Numbered from the stretch's first letter, positions 33,209 to 42,899 are shown. The stretch is 64,000 nt of DNA from Methanocaldococcus sp. 28A (GCA_049852185.1 CP187540.1); one strand, 5' to 3'. The notes: generated by a model not told the origin, from the letters alone. Numbers and translations are program-made.

Positions 33209-33448
33209 ATGGTTGAACTTAAAATAGCATGTAAATTAGACAAAACCTGTGAAAAACCCAGATATAGAAAATACAAATGTAGAGTATGTGGTTGGGTATA
33301 TGACCCATTGAGAGGAGACCCTTCTCAAAATATTCCTCCAAAAACTCCATTTGAAAAACTTCCAGATACTTGGATTTGCCCAGTTTGCAGAGGAAAAGTT
33401 GGAAAGGAATACTTTGAACCTTTGGATGAGTGGGTAGAATTCGATTAA
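33209..33448 (+). CDS. Rubredoxin with N-terminal extension
   Basis: [12 protein letters not shown]...[10 protein letters not shown]; RBS GGAGG. Confidence 0.9.
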   Translation: MVELKIACKLDKTCEKPRYRKYKCRVCGWVYDPLRGDPSQNIPPKTPFEKLPDTWICPVCRGKVGKEYFEPLDEWVEFD

Positions 33449-33466
33449 ATATTAGGTGAATTATTT

Positions 33467-34054
33467 ATGAAAGAGACTTTAATGAACTTAACAAAAGCAT
33501 ATATTGGAGAAAGTTTAGCAAGAAACAGATATACATGCTATGCAAAAATTGCAAAGCATGAAGGATATGAGCAGATAGCTGATATATTTTTATTAACTGC
33601 AGAAAATGAGAGGGAACATGCTAAATGGCTATATTATTTAATAACTGAACTAAAAAAGAAATATAACATTAATGAAAATTCAATAAATGTTGATGATGTG
33701 GAAGTTCCTATTGTATTAGAAAATACCGCTGAAAATTTAAAAGCTTCTATTGAAGGAGAACATTATGAACACACAGAGATGTATCCAAAGTTTGCTGAAA
33801 TTGCAGAGAAAGAAGGGTTAAAAGAAATAGCTGAAAGGTTGAGAGCTATTGCAATAGCAGAAAAGCATCATGAAGAAAGATTTAAAAAATTATTAAAAGA
33901 GCTTGAAAACGGAACATTATATAAGAAAAATGAACCTATAGAATGGGTTTGTAAAAAATGCGGCTATATTCATCTTGGAAATGAACCTCCTGAAGAATGT
34001 CCATCTTGTAGTCATCCAAGAAAATACTTTGAAGTTAAATGTGAAAAATACTAA
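33467..34054 (+). CDS. rbr: Rubrerythrin
   Basis: GESLARNRY, ENEREHA, EGEHYE, AEKHH, C-terminal CKKCG/CPSC. Confidence 0.95.
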   Translation: MKETLMNLTKAYIGESLARNRYTCYAKIAKHEGYEQIADIFLLTAENEREHAKWLYYLITELKKKYNINENSINVDDVEVPIVLENTAENLKASIEGEHYEHTEMYPKFAEIAEKEGLKEIAERLRAIAIAEKHHEERFKKLLKELENGTLYKKNEPIEWVCKKCGYIHLGNEPPEECPSCSHPRKYFEVKCEKY

Positions 34055-34068
34055 AATGGGGAGGAAAT

Positions 34069-34419
34069 ATGAAAGTTGCATTCTTAATTTTCTCATATTT
34101 ACACAAAAATAAACCTAACATGCCAGTAATGTTCCACACATTGTTGTTTGCAAATGAGATGAAAGAAAAAGGGGATGTAGTAAAGATTATATTAGAGGGG
34201 GAAGGAGTTTTATGGGCAAAAGATTTGTTAAGTGAAAATCATCCATTAAAAAATCATTTTGAAAAATTAAAAGAGGATTTTGTAGTTTGTGAAGCATGTG
34301 CAAGTATGTTTAACATTAAAGATGAAATTAAAGAAAAATTAAAGTTGGAGAATGATTTATTTGGGCATATAAGCTTAAAGAAATATTTGGATGAGGGCTA
34401 TAGAATAATTGAACTTTAA
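34069..34419 (+). CDS. DsrE-like protein
   Basis: VKIILEGEGV, VCEACA, GH.S. Confidence 0.7.
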   Translation: MKVAFLIFSYLHKNKPNMPVMFHTLLFANEMKEKGDVVKIILEGEGVLWAKDLLSENHPLKNHFEKLKEDFVVCEACASMFNIKDEIKEKLKLENDLFGHISLKKYLDEGYRIIEL

Positions 34420-34493
34420 AAATTAAATTTCTTTATAATTATTTATTTCATTTTATATTAGGTATAATCTCTCTTTTATTTGAGGTGATTTTA

Positions 34494-35666
34494 ATGGTTG
34501 TTGAAATAAAGAAAGATATATTTTGGGTTGGTGTAATTGATTGGGAAATTAGGGATTTTCATGGATATATAACTCAAGATGGTTCTACATATAACTCTTA
34601 TTTAATAAAGGATGAAAAAAATGTTTTAATAGATACCGCAAAAAGTTATATGTTTGATGAACTAATTAAAGGAATTAACAAAGTTATCAGTCCCGAGGAT
34701 ATTGATTATATAGTAGTAAATCATGTAGAACCTGACCACAGTGGTTGTGTTGATAAGATTGTTAAACTTAGTGGTGCAACAGTAATTACGAATGAAAAAG
34801 GGAAGGAGCATTTATCTCTATATTATGATACTAAAGGATGGGACTTTATTGTTGTAAATTCTGGAGATGAAATATCTATTGGAAAAAGAACTTTAAATTT
34901 CATAAAAACACCTATGCTCCACTGGCCGGATAATATGGTAACATACTGTAAAGAAGAAAAGATTTTATTTTCAAACGATGCATTTGGACAACATATAGCA
35001 ACATCTGAAAGATTTGATTATGAAGTAGGAGATATAATTTTTGAGTATGCAAAAGAGTATTTTGCAAATATATTAATGCCTTATAAAATGTTAATTCCTA
35101 ATGTAATAAATTCCTTAAAAGATTTAGATATAGAATATATATGTCCTTCTCATGGAGTTCTATGGAAAGATATGAAAGATGAAATTATTAAAAAGTATCT
35201 CGATTGGGCAAATAATAAAGTAGAAAATAAGGCGATTATTGTTTATGACACAATGTATAACTCCACAAAAAAGATGGCCCATGCTATTGCAAATGGTTTG
35301 ATAGAAAAAGGCATTACTGTAAAAGTATATAGAATTTCTGAAACTCCTATGAATGTAATTATAAGAGAAATTTTAGATGCAAAATATGTTATTATTGGCT
35401 CACCAACATTAAATCAAAACATTTTACCGAACATTGCAAAATTTTTAGCTTATATGGAGGGATTAAAGCCCACAAGTAAAATAGGTGTTGCATTTGGCTC
35501 CTATGGTTGGATGGAAATGGCTACTGAAAAAATAAAAGAAGTATTTAAAAGATTAAATTTTAAAATCATTGATGATGATTCTCTAAAAGTTAGATTTGCT
35601 CCTAAAGAAGAAGATTTAAAGAAATGTTATGAATTTGGTAAAAGATTAGCAGAAGAAGACTTATAA
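34494..35666 (+). CDS. fprA: Flavodiiron protein (F420H2 oxidase type)
   Basis: NHVEPDHSG, HWPD, SNDAFGQH, PSHG, YDTMY.ST, FGSYGW. Confidence 0.95.
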   Translation: MVVEIKKDIFWVGVIDWEIRDFHGYITQDGSTYNSYLIKDEKNVLIDTAKSYMFDELIKGINKVISPEDIDYIVVNHVEPDHSGCVDKIVKLSGATVITNEKGKEHLSLYYDTKGWDFIVVNSGDEISIGKRTLNFIKTPMLHWPDNMVTYCKEEKILFSNDAFGQHIATSERFDYEVGDIIFEYAKEYFANILMPYKMLIPNVINSLKDLDIEYICPSHGVLWKDMKDEIIKKYLDWANNKVENKAIIVYDTMYNSTKKMAHAIANGLIEKGITVKVYRISETPMNVIIREILDAKYVIIGSPTLNQNILPNIAKFLAYMEGLKPTSKIGVAFGSYGWMEMATEKIKEVFKRLNFKIIDDDSLKVRFAPKEEDLKKCYEFGKRLAEEDL

Positions 35667-35719
35667 TATTTTCAATTATTTCAATTATATAATTTTATTT
35701 TTTTATTTATGGTGGAAAT

Positions 35720-36310
35720 ATGAGAATCTTTGGAATTAGTGGGAGCCCAAGATTGCAAGGAACTCATTTTGCAGTAAATTATGCTCTACAATATTTAAAA
35801 GAGAAAGGCGTAGAGGTTAGGTATTTTTCTGTTCATAGAAAGACTATAAATTTTTGTATCCATTGTGATTACTGTATAAAAAAGAAAGAAGGTTGCATAC
35901 ATAAAGATGATATGAATGATGTTTATGAAAACCTTATTTGGGCTGATGGAATTATAATAGGAACTCCAGTTTATCAAGGAAATGTAACAGGACAATTAAA
36001 AACATTGATGGATAGATGCAGGGCAATATTGGCAAAAAATCCAAAGATTTTGAGAGGAAAAATTGGAATGGGTATTGCTATTGGTGGGGATAGAAACGGA
36101 GGGCAAGAGATTGCTTTAAGGACAATACATGACTTTTTTATAATAAATGAAATGATTCCCGTGGGAGGGGGTTCTTTTGGAGCAAACTTAGGAGCTACGT
36201 TTTGGTCTAAAGATAAAGGTAAAAAAGGTATTGAAGAAGATGAGGAAGGATTGAGAGTTTTGAGAAAAACACTTAATAGATTCTATGATGTTTTAAAAAG
36301 CACTAAATAA
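35720..36310 (+). CDS. Iron-sulfur flavoprotein
   Basis: GISGSPR, CIHCDYC....GC, GTPVY, DR, GGQE. Confidence 0.9.
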   Translation: MRIFGISGSPRLQGTHFAVNYALQYLKEKGVEVRYFSVHRKTINFCIHCDYCIKKKEGCIHKDDMNDVYENLIWADGIIIGTPVYQGNVTGQLKTLMDRCRAILAKNPKILRGKIGMGIAIGGDRNGGQEIALRTIHDFFIINEMIPVGGGSFGANLGATFWSKDKGKKGIEEDEEGLRVLRKTLNRFYDVLKSTK

Positions 36311-36322
36311 AGAGGGATAACA

Positions 36323-36895
36323 ATGCTAAAAATTGCATGGGGGATAACTGGATGTGGGGATAAACTTCCAGAAGTTGTTGAAATAATGAGAAATTTAAAA
36401 AATAAATACAATTTGGACATAGATGTTTATTTATCAAAAAACGCAAAGATTGTTGTAAAGTGGTATAAACTTTGGCAAGTTTTAGAAGATGAGTTTTATG
36501 ATTTAAGGGTTGAGGTTAATGCAAACGCTCCATTTTTAGTTGGAAAATTACAAACTGGAAAGTATGATTTGTTTTTAGTAGCTCCAGCAACAGCAAATAC
36601 AACAGCAAAAATTGCTTATGGGATAGCAGATACATTAATAACCAACTCAGTAGCCCAAGCAATGAAGGCAAGAGTTCCTGTCTATATCTTCCCACCAGAT
36701 AATAAAAAAGGAAAAATAGAAACGCTTCTACCAGGAAATAAAAAATTAACATTATACATGAGAGATGTTGATGTTGAGAATGTTGAAAAAATTAGAAAAA
36801 TGGAAGGGATTGAAGTTTTAGATAAACCAGAGGATATAGAGAAGGTTATTTTAAAGCATTTGGAAATGAAAAAACAGAAAGAAAAAGAAGATTGA
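36323..36895 (+). CDS. afpA: Archaeoflavoprotein AfpA
   Basis: IAWGITGCG, APATANTTAKIAYGIADTL. Confidence 0.85.
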   Translation: MLKIAWGITGCGDKLPEVVEIMRNLKNKYNLDIDVYLSKNAKIVVKWYKLWQVLEDEFYDLRVEVNANAPFLVGKLQTGKYDLFLVAPATANTTAKIAYGIADTLITNSVAQAMKARVPVYIFPPDNKKGKIETLLPGNKKLTLYMRDVDVENVEKIRKMEGIEVLDKPEDIEKVILKHLEMKKQKEKED

Positions 36896-37074
36896 ATTTT
36901 CATCATTTTTCTATTTTTTATTTTATTAAATCCGTTAATCTAAATTCGTTATTTTAATGTGAATATCGTTTTTAATAAAATTTTTGGAGACGATTTTCAA
37001 ACCGTTAATGATATTTATTCGTTACTATACTAATGATTATCGTAAATCAGTTAAAAATATACTTGGTGATAGGT

Positions 37075-39120
37075 ATGAAAAACTGCATCGCTGCCATACC
37101 AGAAATTAAGGAGATGGTTGAAAAGGCAAAATTAAAAGGTATTGAAACCCCTCACACAAGATTCCCTAACCAATTTCCAAAATGTCCTTATGGATTAAAG
37201 GGGGTTTACTGTATATTATGTGCTAATGGACCTTGTAGAATAACTGAAAAAACACCATATGGTGTTTGTGGTGCTACAGCAGATGTTATAGTTGCAAGAA
37301 ACCTCTGTAGAGCAGTAGCTGCTGGAACTTCATGTTATGTCCATTGTGCTGAAAACGCTGCAAGAGCTTTATTGTCAGCAGGTAAAGGAGAAGGAAACTA
37401 TGAGATAAGAAATGAGAAAAAATTAAGATTTTTAGCAAAAAAACTTGGATTTGATGCAAATAAAGATGCTAAGCAGTTGGCTGTTGAAGTTGCTGAGTTC
37501 ATATTAGAGGATATGTACAAACCAAGATGGGAAAAGAGTGAATTAGTCCCTAAATTATGTCCAGAAAAGAGATTAGAAGTATTTAAAAAATTAGATATCC
37601 TTCCAGGAGGGGCAAAAGGAGAGATTGTTGATGCATTAACAAAGACTTCAACAAACTTAAACAGCAATCCAATGGATTTATTGGTTCATTGCCTTAGATT
37701 AGGATTACATGCTGGATTTACAGGGCTTTTGATGACATGTTGGTTAAACGATATATTATTTGGCTCACCAAAGATTACAGTTGTAGAAAATGGATTCAGC
37801 TCAGTTAAGCCAAACAACGTAAACATTATGATAACTGGGCATCAGCATGCATTAATTCAGCCATTATGTGAAGTAGCAATGGAAGAAGATTTAATAAAAA
37901 TGGCAAAAGAAGCTGGAGCTGATGAGATTAAGATTATTGGAGCTACATGTAATGGACAAGATGGATTCAGCTCAGTTAAGCCAAACAACGTAAACATTAT
38001 GATAACTGGGCATCAGCATGCATTAATTCAGCCATTATGTGAAGTAGCAATGGAAGAAGATTTAATAAAAATGGCAAAAGAAGCTGGAGCTGATGAGATT
38101 AAGATTATTGGAGCTACATGTAATGGACAAGATATGGAGACAAGAATTGCTCATTTACCAGAAAGCTTTGTTGGTTACATAGCTAACAACTTTACAACAG
38201 AGCCATTAGTAGCTACTGGATTAATTGATGCTGTAGTTTCAGAATTCAACTGTACATTCCATGGATTGAAGTTTGTTGCTGAAAAAACCAAAACAAAATT
38301 AATCTGTATTGATGATATGGCTTACATTGAAGGAGCTGAATACATCCCATGGGAGCCAGAAAATGCAAAAGAAAAAGCAAGAGAGATTATTAAGAAAGCA
38401 ATTGAAGCATTTAAAGAGAGAAAGAACATACAGAAAGATTACTATGACACAAAAGTTAAATCAGTAGTAGGAGTTGGAGAAGAATCATTAGTTGAATTCT
38501 TAGGAGGTAGTGTAAAGCCATTAATTGATTTAATAGCCAAAGGAAAGATTAAAGGGGTTGTTGGAGTTGTTGGATGCTCTAACATAGCAAGTGGAGGTCA
38601 TGACAATATAATTGTAACATTAACAAAAGAACTCATCAAGAGAGATATTTTAGTCTTAGCAGGAGGTTGTGTAAATAGTCCATTAAAACACGCAGGTTTA
38701 TTCTCTCCTGAAAGTGCTGAATTGGCAGGAGAGAACTTAAAAGAGGTTTGTAAGAGCTTAGGAATTCCTCCAGTATTAAACTTTGGAGCATGTTTGAGTA
38801 TTGCAAGAATTGAGCAAGTTGCTGTTGCAATTGCTGAAGAATTGGGAGTTGATATTCCAGATTTACCAGTTGCAGCTTCAGCTCCTCAGTGGTTGGAGGA
38901 GCAAGCGTTAGCAGATGCAACTTATGCAGTAGATATGGGTTTCACCGTCCACGTTTCACCGGTTCCATTTGTTACTGGCAGTGATTTAGTAACAAAGGTC
39001 TTAACAGAGGCTGTTGAAGGCTTAACAGGAGGTAAATTAATTCCTGAACCAAATCCATACAAAGCTGCTGATATCTTAGAGAATGTAATTATGGAGAAGA
39101 GGAAGAAATTAGGACTCTAA
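37075..39120 (+). CDS. cooS: Divergent anaerobic Ni-CO dehydrogenase-like protein with internal 57-aa duplication
   Basis: CPYG..G..C..C..GPC...CG B/D cluster motif; TGH, ATC, EFNC, VGC, GGC, GAC C-cluster positions. Confidence 0.9.
   Translation: MKNCIAAIPEIKEMVEKAKLKGIETPHTRFPNQFPKCPYGLKGVYCILCANGPCRITEKTPYGVCGATADVIVARNLCRAVAAGTSCYVHCAENAARALLSAGKGEGNYEIRNEKKLRFLAKKLGFDANKDAKQLAVEVAEFILEDMYKPRWEKSELVPKLCPEKRLEVFKKLDILPGGAKGEIVDALTKTSTNLNSNPMDLLVHCLRLGLHAGFTGLLMTCWLNDILFGSPKITVVENGFSSVKPNNVNIMITGHQHALIQPLCEVAMEEDLIKMAKEAGADEIKIIGATCNGQDGFSSVKPNNVNIMITGHQHALIQPLCEVAMEEDLIKMAKEAGADEIKIIGATCNGQDMETRIAHLPESFVGYIANNFTTEPLVATGLIDAVVSEFNCTFHGLKFVAEKTKTKLICIDDMAYIEGAEYIPWEPENAKEKAREIIKKAIEAFKERKNIQKDYYDTKVKSVVGVGEESLVEFLGGSVKPLIDLIAKGKIKGVVGVVGCSNIASGGHDNIIVTLTKELIKRDILVLAGGCVNSPLKHAGLFSPESAELAGENLKEVCKSLGIPPVLNFGACLSIARIEQVAVAIAEELGVDIPDLPVAASAPQWLEEQALADATYAVDMGFTVHVSPVPFVTGSDLVTKVLTEAVEGLTGGKLIPEPNPYKAADILENVIMEKRKKLGL
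37790..38131 (+). repeat. Perfect 171-bp tandem duplication within cooS
   Basis: 37790-37960 identical to 37961-38131. Confidence 0.97.
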
Positions 39121-39190
39121 ATTTTTAGTTCAGATTTTTTAATTTTAAATCTTTTTCTTTATTTAAATAAAAATTTAATTAGGTGGAATT

Positions 39191-40087
39191 ATGAAAATTA
39201 GAGGGTTTGAGAGCTCAATGATGGGGAGAGATATAGATTTTATTCCCCCAGCAATGACAAGATTATGTTGCTTAAATGAAATTTCACATGCGTTAGCAGG
39301 AGTTATGGCTGTTGAGAAAGCTTATAATATAACTGTCCCAAATGAAGGACAGTATTTGAGAGAAATTGCAAGATTGGGAGAGATTGTTGAAGTAGATGCA
39401 ATAAAGTTAGATGAATTCATAGATACAGATAAATTAGCAGATATTGGAAACAAAATAAAATCAATCTTAGGAAAAAAAGGAAAATATTTAGCAGTTGGTG
39501 GAGTCTTAGAAAATATAAGTGAAAAAAGAAAAGAAAAATTAATTAAATTAGCAAAAGAGGGATTAAGCTTAGTTGATAAAGATTTTGTTAAGTTAGTTGA
39601 TGAGAGAAAGAAAAAGATACCACTTCCAGATGTTAATTTAATTGATGCTTACAACTTTAATGTTAATAAAGTAGAAACAAAGGGTTTGCCTAAAATTGCT
39701 CTTTATGATGGAAAAGCAGTTTATAGTGGAGCTTTAGCAAGAATGTATAAAGAAGGATTAATAAACTCAAAAAATATGTGGAATGTATTATCTTCAAGGA
39801 TGATTGAAATAGAATTCTGCTTAAATAAAATTATCATGCTTTTAAACAAATTAAAATTAACTCATCCATACATGGAGCCAATTATAAGGGATGGAAAGGC
39901 TGTTGGGGAAGTTGTTATAGAAGGTGGTGAAGGAATCATTTATCACAAAGTTGAATTACTTGGAAGAGAGATTTTGGATTACACAATACTAACAAGTGAA
40001 AACTTCAACAAAGCAGTATTAAATAGCATAAACAATGAGGAAGCAAAAAGAATCATCCAGCTTTGTGAAAGATGTTACTATTTATAA
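39191..40087 (+). CDS. Short [NiFe]-hydrogenase large-subunit-like (FrhA-like) protein
   Basis: RGFE, RLCC...SHALA, EGGEG.IYH, C-terminal LCERCY; only 298 aa. Confidence 0.75.
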   Translation: MKIRGFESSMMGRDIDFIPPAMTRLCCLNEISHALAGVMAVEKAYNITVPNEGQYLREIARLGEIVEVDAIKLDEFIDTDKLADIGNKIKSILGKKGKYLAVGGVLENISEKRKEKLIKLAKEGLSLVDKDFVKLVDERKKKIPLPDVNLIDAYNFNVNKVETKGLPKIALYDGKAVYSGALARMYKEGLINSKNMWNVLSSRMIEIEFCLNKIIMLLNKLKLTHPYMEPIIRDGKAVGEVVIEGGEGIIYHKVELLGREILDYTILTSENFNKAVLNSINNEEAKRIIQLCERCYYL

Positions 40088-40113
40088 ATATTTTAGCATA
40101 AAGAGGTGATTTT

Positions 40114-40773
40114 ATGACCGGATGCGGTTCTTGTGGCAAGATTATCAAAAATATTGAAAAGAAATATTACAACAAATTAAAAGAAAAAGGCATTGTGTTG
40201 GTTGGTGGGGCTGTAAATTTAGATGATGAAGAAGAAGTTAAAAAAATAAAGGAAATTAGAAAAAATGCAAAGATATTAATTGCTGTTGGTAGCTGTGCTG
40301 TAAGTGGAGGTTTCCAAAGAATGCTTATTGGCTTAGAGAATGGATTCCCACAAAGATTTGTTAGAGTTGGAGATGTTGTTAAGGTAGATTATGCAATAAT
40401 TGGCTGCCCACCAGATGAAAAAGAGGTTGAAAAAGTAGTGAGAGCAGTTATTGAAAAAGATACTGCAATAGTTGATTCATATTTAATACTAAAACCTTAC
40501 GAAATTATTGCTGGAAAACCAATTATTGATGCTTACATGAAAGTTAATGAGGTTTTATTAACTTCAAATAAAGAGTTATGTTTAGGATGTGATGATAAAC
40601 CAATAAATGATGAGTTCTGCACAGGTTGTGGGACATGCGTTGCTAAATGTCCAGCAAACGCTTTAACAATTGATGAAAAGCCAAAAGTCAATATAAGTAA
40701 GTGTATTAAGTGCGGTACTTGTTTCTTTAACTGTATAAGAGTAAAAGAGGCACTACTAAGCGAAGCGAGGTAG
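40114..40773 (+). CDS. FrhG-like small subunit with ferredoxin domain
   Basis: TGCGSC, AVGSCAVSGG, GCPP, CTGCGTC...CP, CIKCGTC. Confidence 0.85.
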   Translation: MTGCGSCGKIIKNIEKKYYNKLKEKGIVLVGGAVNLDDEEEVKKIKEIRKNAKILIAVGSCAVSGGFQRMLIGLENGFPQRFVRVGDVVKVDYAIIGCPPDEKEVEKVVRAVIEKDTAIVDSYLILKPYEIIAGKPIIDAYMKVNEVLLTSNKELCLGCDDKPINDEFCTGCGTCVAKCPANALTIDEKPKVNISKCIKCGTCFFNCIRVKEALLSEAR

Positions 40774-40811
40774 TGCATCCTAAGTCTCCCAATAGGGCAA
40801 AGCCCTATGGG
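40745..40811 (+). repeat. Double-hairpin element supplying the frhG-like stop codon
   Basis: AAGAGGCACTAC-TAAGCGAAGCGAG-GTAGTGCATCC...CCCAATAGGGC-AAA-GCCCTATGGG. Confidence 0.85.
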
Positions 40812-40859
40812 TGTTGGAACTTGCTTCTTCAACTGTATAAGAGTTAGAGGTGATGATAA

Positions 40860-41645
40860 ATGAAATATCTCTCAGTAAAATCAAAATTAAATATTGAAGC
40901 ACAAGATGGGGGATTCACAACAACCTTTTTAGGTTATTGTTTAGAGAGTGGAATATTAGATGCAGTAGTAGTAGTTAAAGATAAAAATTGGAAACCAATT
41001 GCCTATTTAGCTACAAACACAGTTGAATTATTAAAATCACCAAAAAGTAAATACTCTATCTCACCAAACAACAAGTTGTTAGAATATGCAACTGAAAATT
41101 ATGATAAAGTTGGATTGGTTGGTTTGCCTTGCCATATATTAGGAGGATTGCAGTTTGATTTAGCTTTAAAAGTTGGTTTATTCTGTACAAAAAATTTCCA
41201 CTATGAAACAATAAAAAACATTATAAAAGAGAGATTTGGACTTGATATGGATGAAGTTGTTAAAATGAATATCACAAAAGGAAAATTTGTTGTTGAAACC
41301 TTAAAAAGTACTGATTTAGTCCATTCAGAAAAAGTAATTTATGAAATTCCAATAAAAGAGATTGAAAAGTTCTGCAACTTAGGATGTAGATTATGCACAG
41401 ATTTCTCAGCAAAATACGCAGATGTATCAGTTGGAAGTGTTAGTAGTGAAAATGGATGGAATACTATAATTATAAGAAACAAGAAAGTTGAAGATATAAT
41501 AAATGAAATGGTTGAGAAGGGATTAATTGAAGTTAAAGAGGCTGTTGATATTAAAGCAGTTGAAAAATTAGAAAACATTAAAAAGAAAAATGAAGAAATT
41601 AACAAATGTTCTGCATACTTTGCTGTATGCCCTGCTCTATTTTAA
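40860..41645 (+). CDS. FrhB-like F420-interacting subunit
   Basis: AQDGG, KSKY, VGLPC, GLFC..NF, C..C.DF.A..AD.SVGSV. Confidence 0.88.
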   Translation: MKYLSVKSKLNIEAQDGGFTTTFLGYCLESGILDAVVVVKDKNWKPIAYLATNTVELLKSPKSKYSISPNNKLLEYATENYDKVGLVGLPCHILGGLQFDLALKVGLFCTKNFHYETIKNIIKERFGLDMDEVVKMNITKGKFVVETLKSTDLVHSEKVIYEIPIKEIEKFCNLGCRLCTDFSAKYADVSVGSVSSENGWNTIIIRNKKVEDIINEMVEKGLIEVKEAVDIKAVEKLENIKKKNEEINKCSAYFAVCPALF

Positions 41646-41736
41646 AATGGCCCCTTATTTTTATTTATCCAACCGTAAGAGATATAAATTTAATAAAATT
41701 TTTTACTTTTTTATAATTTTATTTGGAGATGAAAGT

Positions 41737-42357
41737 ATGCTAATTAAAAAAATTGAAGCACTAAAAAATTCACAGATTAAAGATATTATTGATAAAAGAA
41801 TCCAAGAATTTAAATCTTTTAAAAATAAATCCAATGAAGAATGGTTTAAAGAACTATGCTTTTGCATATTAACAGCTAATTTTACAGCTGAGGGTGGAAT
41901 AAAAATACAGAAAGAAATAGGGGATGGATTTTTAACACTTCCAAGAGAAGAGTTAGAAGAAAAATTAAAAAATTTGGGGCATAGATTTTATAGAAAAAGA
42001 GCAGAATATATTGTTTTAGCTCGAAGATTTAAAAATATCAAAGATATCGTTGAGAGTTTTGAAAATGAAAAGATAGCGAGAGAGTTTTTAGTGAGAAATA
42101 TAAAAGGGATTGGATACAAGGAAGCAAGCCACTTTTTGAGAAATGTTGGCTATGACGATATTGCCATAATTGACAGACATATACTAAGAGAGCTTTATGA
42201 AAACAACTACATTGATGAGATTCCAAAAACATTGAGTAGGAAAAAATATTTAAAAATTGAAAATATATTGAGAGCTATTGGAGAGGAGGTAGATTTAAAA
42301 CTCTCTGAATTAGATTTGTATATATGGTATTTAAGGACTGGAAAAGTTTTAAAGTGA
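41737..42357 (+). CDS. ogg: 8-oxoguanine DNA glycosylase/AP lyase (Ogg2)
   Basis: ELCFCILTAN, GHRF, KGIGYKEASHFLRNVG, AIIDRH, TGKVLK. Confidence 0.95.
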   Translation: MLIKKIEALKNSQIKDIIDKRIQEFKSFKNKSNEEWFKELCFCILTANFTAEGGIKIQKEIGDGFLTLPREELEEKLKNLGHRFYRKRAEYIVLARRFKNIKDIVESFENEKIAREFLVRNIKGIGYKEASHFLRNVGYDDIAIIDRHILRELYENNYIDEIPKTLSRKKYLKIENILRAIGEEVDLKLSELDLYIWYLRTGKVLK

Positions 42358-42400
42358 GATTATGGTAAATGTTGAAAGAATTAGCATATCATTCTCTAAA

Positions 42401-42467
42401 CCATAGGGCCTCGCCCTATTGGTATACTCGGGATGCGTTGATTAGCTTTAGCTAATCAACGCCTCTT
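42401..42467 (-). repeat. Double-hairpin element (same family as 40745-40811)
   Basis: Reverse strand AAGAGGCGTTGATTAGC-TAAA-GCTAATCAACGCATCC...ACCAATAGGGC-GAG-GCCCTATGG. Confidence 0.85.
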
Positions 42468-42488
42468 AAGTAGAGATAGGTGAAATAA

Positions 42489-42899
42489 ATGGTAAACGTT
42501 GAAAGAATTAGCATATCATTTTCAAAATTTCTTTTAAAAGAGATAGATGATGTTGTTAAAAAGAAGGGATATTCAAGTAGAAGTGAATTAATAAGAGACG
42601 CTGTGAGAAAACATATCCTAGAAAGTAACTCATTATTAGATAAAGAAGGAAACATTAGTGGGATAATTATTGTTGTCTATACACCAACAAAAGAGTCTAT
42701 GGAAAAAATGAGTAAGTTGTATTTTGAATATAACGATATAGTTAAATCATTAAATCAATCCTACATAACAACTTCATGTGGTAAAAATAAGAAGGTAGAG
42801 ATTTTTGTTGTTGAAGGGAATGCAAAGAGAATATCTGAATTTTACGATGGAATTTCAAAGATTGATGGAAAGATTTATGATAAAGTTATTGTATTCTAA
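42489..42899 (+). CDS. NikR-like ribbon-helix-helix regulator
   Basis: RISIS...LL..ID......GYSSRSELIRDAVR; ACT-like C-terminus without the His-rich Ni motif. Confidence 0.85.
   Translation: MVNVERISISFSKFLLKEIDDVVKKKGYSSRSELIRDAVRKHILESNSLLDKEGNISGIIIVVYTPTKESMEKMSKLYFEYNDIVKSLNQSYITTSCGKNKKVEIFVVEGNAKRISEFYDGISKIDGKIYDKVIVF

Noticed and set aside
40714-40850. Diversity-generating retroelement TR/VR pair as explanation for the duplicated gene ends
   Set aside because: Mismatches are not adenine-specific, copies are short, and no reverse transcriptase is present.
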